A stretch of 19,044 bases of DNA from a virus: positions 1-19,044 of the IMG/VR virus record IMGVR_UViG_3300045988_164095. One strand, 5' to 3'. Positions within the stretch are counted from its first letter, which is position 1, and each line of letters opens with the position of its first letter. The translations under genes and the position numbers were made by a program. This document shows positions 16,094-19,044 of this stretch, one piece after another. Under the pieces are notes generated by a model that did not search any database, had not been told where the DNA came from, and was given only the letters and a program-made list of their open reading frames with translations.

Positions 16094-16118
16094 AAATAGG
16101 GAGTAAATCTCCCTATTT
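16094..16118 (+). terminator. Intrinsic-terminator-like hairpin
   Basis: The 10-bp stem AAATAGGGAG/CTCCCTATTT has a 5-nt loop and is followed by GTGTTT. Confidence 0.6.
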
Positions 16119-16160
16119 GTGTTTAGATACCAACCTATAAATTAATATATTTTAACAAAA

Positions 16161-16649
16161 ATGAATATTCAAGAACTAAATTTTCCAAATTTAAATGAGT
16201 TATTAAGACGTTGAGGAGAACTCATAATTTCTTTATATAGACAGGAATTGGTTCAAACAAGGACTGATGATACTGGATCATTAGGTAATAGTTTAAATTA
16301 CATTGTTGAGACCCAAAATGGGGATTATGAAGTTAATGTTAGTTTATTAGATTATTGGAAATACGTTGAAGAAGGCAGACATTCTGGTAAGTTCCCTCCA
16401 CTTAATGATATAAAGAGTTGGATTAAAACTAAGCCAATTATTCCCAGACCTTATAATGGTAAGTTACCAACAATAGATCAGCTTACATATTTAATTGGAA
16501 GAAAGATACATCTTCAAGGAATTCAAGGTAAACATCCATTATCAAATACTATAGAATATATAGAAAATAACTATATGGAGCTTCTTGATGATGCTATAAC
16601 TAAAGATCTTCAAGGACAAGTAGATTATTATTTATTTAAAAACTTTTAA
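16161..16649 (+). CDS. HK97 gp10-like head-tail joining / tail-completion protein (162 aa, in-frame TGA at 16212)
   Basis: ATG at 16161 is in frame with ORF-track 16248..16649. YWKYVEEGRHSGKFPP resembles the (Y/F)VE(F/E)G core of the HK97-gp10 family. The functional call is moderate. Confidence 0.5.
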
Positions 16650-16651
16650 AA

Positions 16652-18832
16652 ATGGCATTTATACCAAGTAAATTAGGAATATATAATGCATCAAGGAGTT
16701 TTCCTGTTAAATGGAATAATCCTGGGTGGGGAATTACTGGAGAATATGATTATTGGACTTGGGGAGATGATTATACTGAAGAAGGGCCTTTAGAGGTAAC
16801 TATACAAGAGCCTAGTACTTCTGGATGTACAATACAATTTTTATCTCCCACAACAATAACTACTGATTCTTCTACTGTATTTCATTTTTATCCTAGAGGT
16901 CTTACTACTGCTTTATTAATGGAAGATTTACCAATTAATTTACATAGTAAATCTCCTGGATTCTATCCTGCTAATGGTAGTATTAATGTACCAAATACTG
17001 GTGGAGAATATACAGTAGAGTATATATTAAATAGATCAGATATTATTAAATGAGATGCAGCAGTTGTTAATGCTACAGCTTTAGTTAATATAGAAGTTCT
17101 GGATTGGGATTCTTGCTCTATTAAGTTTAAATTTACAGTAAGAGCTAATACTCAATGGAATACAGATTTAATTGGAACTATTCAATTAGGAGCTTATTAT
17201 GACACTAATAAGTTTATTAGTTATAGTTACGGCTTTAAAATTGAAAAAAGTAATACTCCAGAAGATTTAAAGTTAGTAGTAACTCCTTCATCTGGAACTT
17301 ATGGAGCATCTGCTTTTGTTACTGAAGAATTCCATTTAAGTACAACTAAAGCAGAAGAAACAATTACCTCATTTAATGTTACCTGCCCTCAAGCTAGTAA
17401 TATTAAAAAGGATATTGTTGATAACTATTTTGTATTAACTGTTCCAGAGAATAAAACTACTAATAATTTGGAGTTTAGTGCAATGGTTACTGCAACAACT
17501 TCTGGGGGTTATAACCTTGAAGCTACAGTTCCAATTAAACAAGCTGCAACATCTTTAATGATTCCTAATACTAATTATGAAGTAAGTTGAACTGCATCTA
17601 CATTAAATATAATTGGTACAGGCTCAAATAACTTAGATGATGTTGTATTTAGTATTCCTGTAGGTTGGATTAGTGGACAGAAGATAACTGTGAATCCTCA
17701 AGGTGTAGCAACTATTAGTTTGAACATTGCAGAAAATTCAGGTTTATCTTCTAGACAAGCAACTATTGGAGTATCTGTTATAAAGAATAGTTCAAGTATT
17801 ATTAATTTATCTATTAATATTACACAATCTGTTAAATCTGATATATTTCCTATTTGAAAAGATTATGTTTGGGAAGAGATTATTAGTTCAGATTTTATTG
17901 AATATCATTTAGATTATGCAGGGGATATGGTCTATGCTGGAAAAGCTTATAAATATCCTGAAACAGATAGAGTAGAGTTTTTATTAAATAATGTAGCTGA
18001 AAATTATCTATCTAATGGAATTATATTTAATACATCAAAAACAATAGTATCACCAGAATATTTAAAACCATTTACATTAATAACTTCATCTGGAAATGAA
18101 AAGCCAATTACTTTTTTCAATGATTGGAGTTATAAAGACAGAGATCTAACTAAAGGCACTATGTTAAGTGATCCTATTACTGGTTTAGTTGATCCAAGGC
18201 AGTATTTAGTATCAAGTTGAATTCTACCAACTGGAACTGGAGTTATTAATAGATTCTTTTATATAGATGGAGTACAATCTGCTATGGATATTAGTTTAAA
18301 TTCTGGAATTAATGGATATACATATACAGAAGATTTAAGTAATAAATTATGGCCTTGTGGAAGTTATTTAATAGTAGGATTTGTAGAAGGTGGAAACATT
18401 AGTGATAGACAGATTAGATATGATATAGATACTACAGGTAAAGATTATGTGTTATATTATACTAATTCAGCAGGTGGATGAGATTCATTACTTGTTGAGG
18501 GTAATGTTAAAAAGAATGATGATATTAAATCTGAAACATATACTCGTAAGGTATTAAATACATCACAAGAGTTTGCAAGAAATAAGTATTTGAATACTAT
18601 AACTTCAAGCTGGATTCTTTATACTGGTTATTTAAATGATATTCAAGCTTCTAAGATGTTTAATCTAATTGAGAGTACCAAAGTATATTTGCATAATCTT
18701 AAAGATAATACTATCACTCCAGTATTGATTACAGATACAAATTGTGAATATAAAACTTATACTAATCAAGGTAAAAACAAGTTCTATTATACAATTAATG
18801 TAGAAGCTTCTCAAGATACTTATCGTAAATAA
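16652..18832 (+). CDS. Large virion structural protein (726 aa, five in-frame TGA) with BACON/Ig-like repeats, probably tail or baseplate
   Basis: ORF-track pieces 16652, 17927, 18284 and 18590 are all in one frame. I translated 17054..17926 codon by codon and found no TAA or TAG. In-frame TGA codons are at 17051, 17588, 17855, 18218 and 18479. The segment S-TGA-TASTLNIIGTG...VGWISGQKITVNPQGVATISLNIAENSGLSSRQATIGVSV fits a BACON-like pattern. Confidence 0.65.
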
Positions 18833-18834
18833 TT

Positions 18835-19044
18835 ATGAGAAAGAATATTAAACTATTTATTGCAAATAAAGAGGTTGACTGTAGTGAGGGAATTAGTCTT
18901 CCTATGACATATACTGTTGAGGATTTCCAAAACCCCACTATAGTCAAGAACTCGTTTAGTAAAACGATTTCTATACCTGGCACAAAGAATAATAATAAGA
19001 TTTTTGGAGAGATTTATAAGTTAGATAGATTTCTCCATATAAAA
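18835..19044 (+). CDS. Virion structural protein, N-terminal part (3' end lies outside the window)
   Basis: ATG lies 2 nt after the upstream TAA, and the frame is open to the window end (MRKNIKLFIANKEVDCSEGISLPMTYTVEDFQNPTIVKNSFSKTISIPGTKNNNKIFG...). Confidence 0.5.
   Translation, partial: MRKNIKLFIANKEVDCSEGISLPMTYTVEDFQNPTIVKNSFSKTISIPGTKNNNKIFGEIYKLDRFLHIK

Noticed and set aside
2817-16153. TATATTTTAA, with a T-rich box 20 nt upstream, occurs downstream of element copies 1 and 3 (2817..2848 and 16122..16153) and could be weak host-type promoters.
   Set aside because: Both the -33 and -7 boxes lack the conserved G, and such A/T strings are expected by chance in this composition. I noted it but did not call it.
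1-19044. The fragmented ORFs could be pseudogenes of a decaying prophage.
   Set aside because: All interruptions are TGA, never TAA or TAG. Frames are preserved across every interruption, and the interrupted positions match conserved Trp residues. Random decay would produce mixed stop codons and frameshifts.
1-19044. TGA could be read as Gly (table 25, Gracilibacteria/SR1-type).
   Set aside because: TGA falls in motifs where Trp is expected (KYGW, PWNKG, GFKWRY, SWIH). It also aligns with TGG in the paralogous fibre C-termini (845..847 versus 2713..2715). Formal code inference on the full contig is still needed.

Overview
This is an AT-rich fragment (roughly 30% G+C by eye) of a tailed dsDNA phage genome, with no cellular housekeeping genes. 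The standard-code ORF track is heavily fragmented because TGA is read as a sense codon, most consistent with Trp (translation table 4). Reading through TGA merges same-frame fragments into about 33 tightly packed genes that all end in TAA or TAG. On the plus strand, 1..7960 holds tail-fibre/receptor-binding proteins, portal, a GIY-YIG homing endonuclease, head-tail proteins, a lysis cassette (membrane protein, 53-aa holin candidate, M15 peptidase) and a second GIY-YIG endonuclease. A minus-strand block at 7974..11072 holds three micro-ORFs, an SF2 DExH helicase, a small ORF and a T5orf172+HTH protein. The plus strand resumes at 11225..19044 with a membrane protein, a PD-(D/E)XK-like nuclease, an HNH homing endonuclease, a sigma factor split into region-2 and region-4 ORFs, a membrane protein, small and large terminase, a gene with a T9 frameshift site, an HK97-gp10-like protein and a 726-aa structural protein with BACON-like repeats. 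Non-coding features are a 50-bp quasi-palindromic element present three times in the same orientation with an invariant 20-mer, four intrinsic-terminator-like hairpins, and three promoters matching the Bacteroides -33/-7 consensus. Function calls rest on motif recognition by eye; no searches were run.
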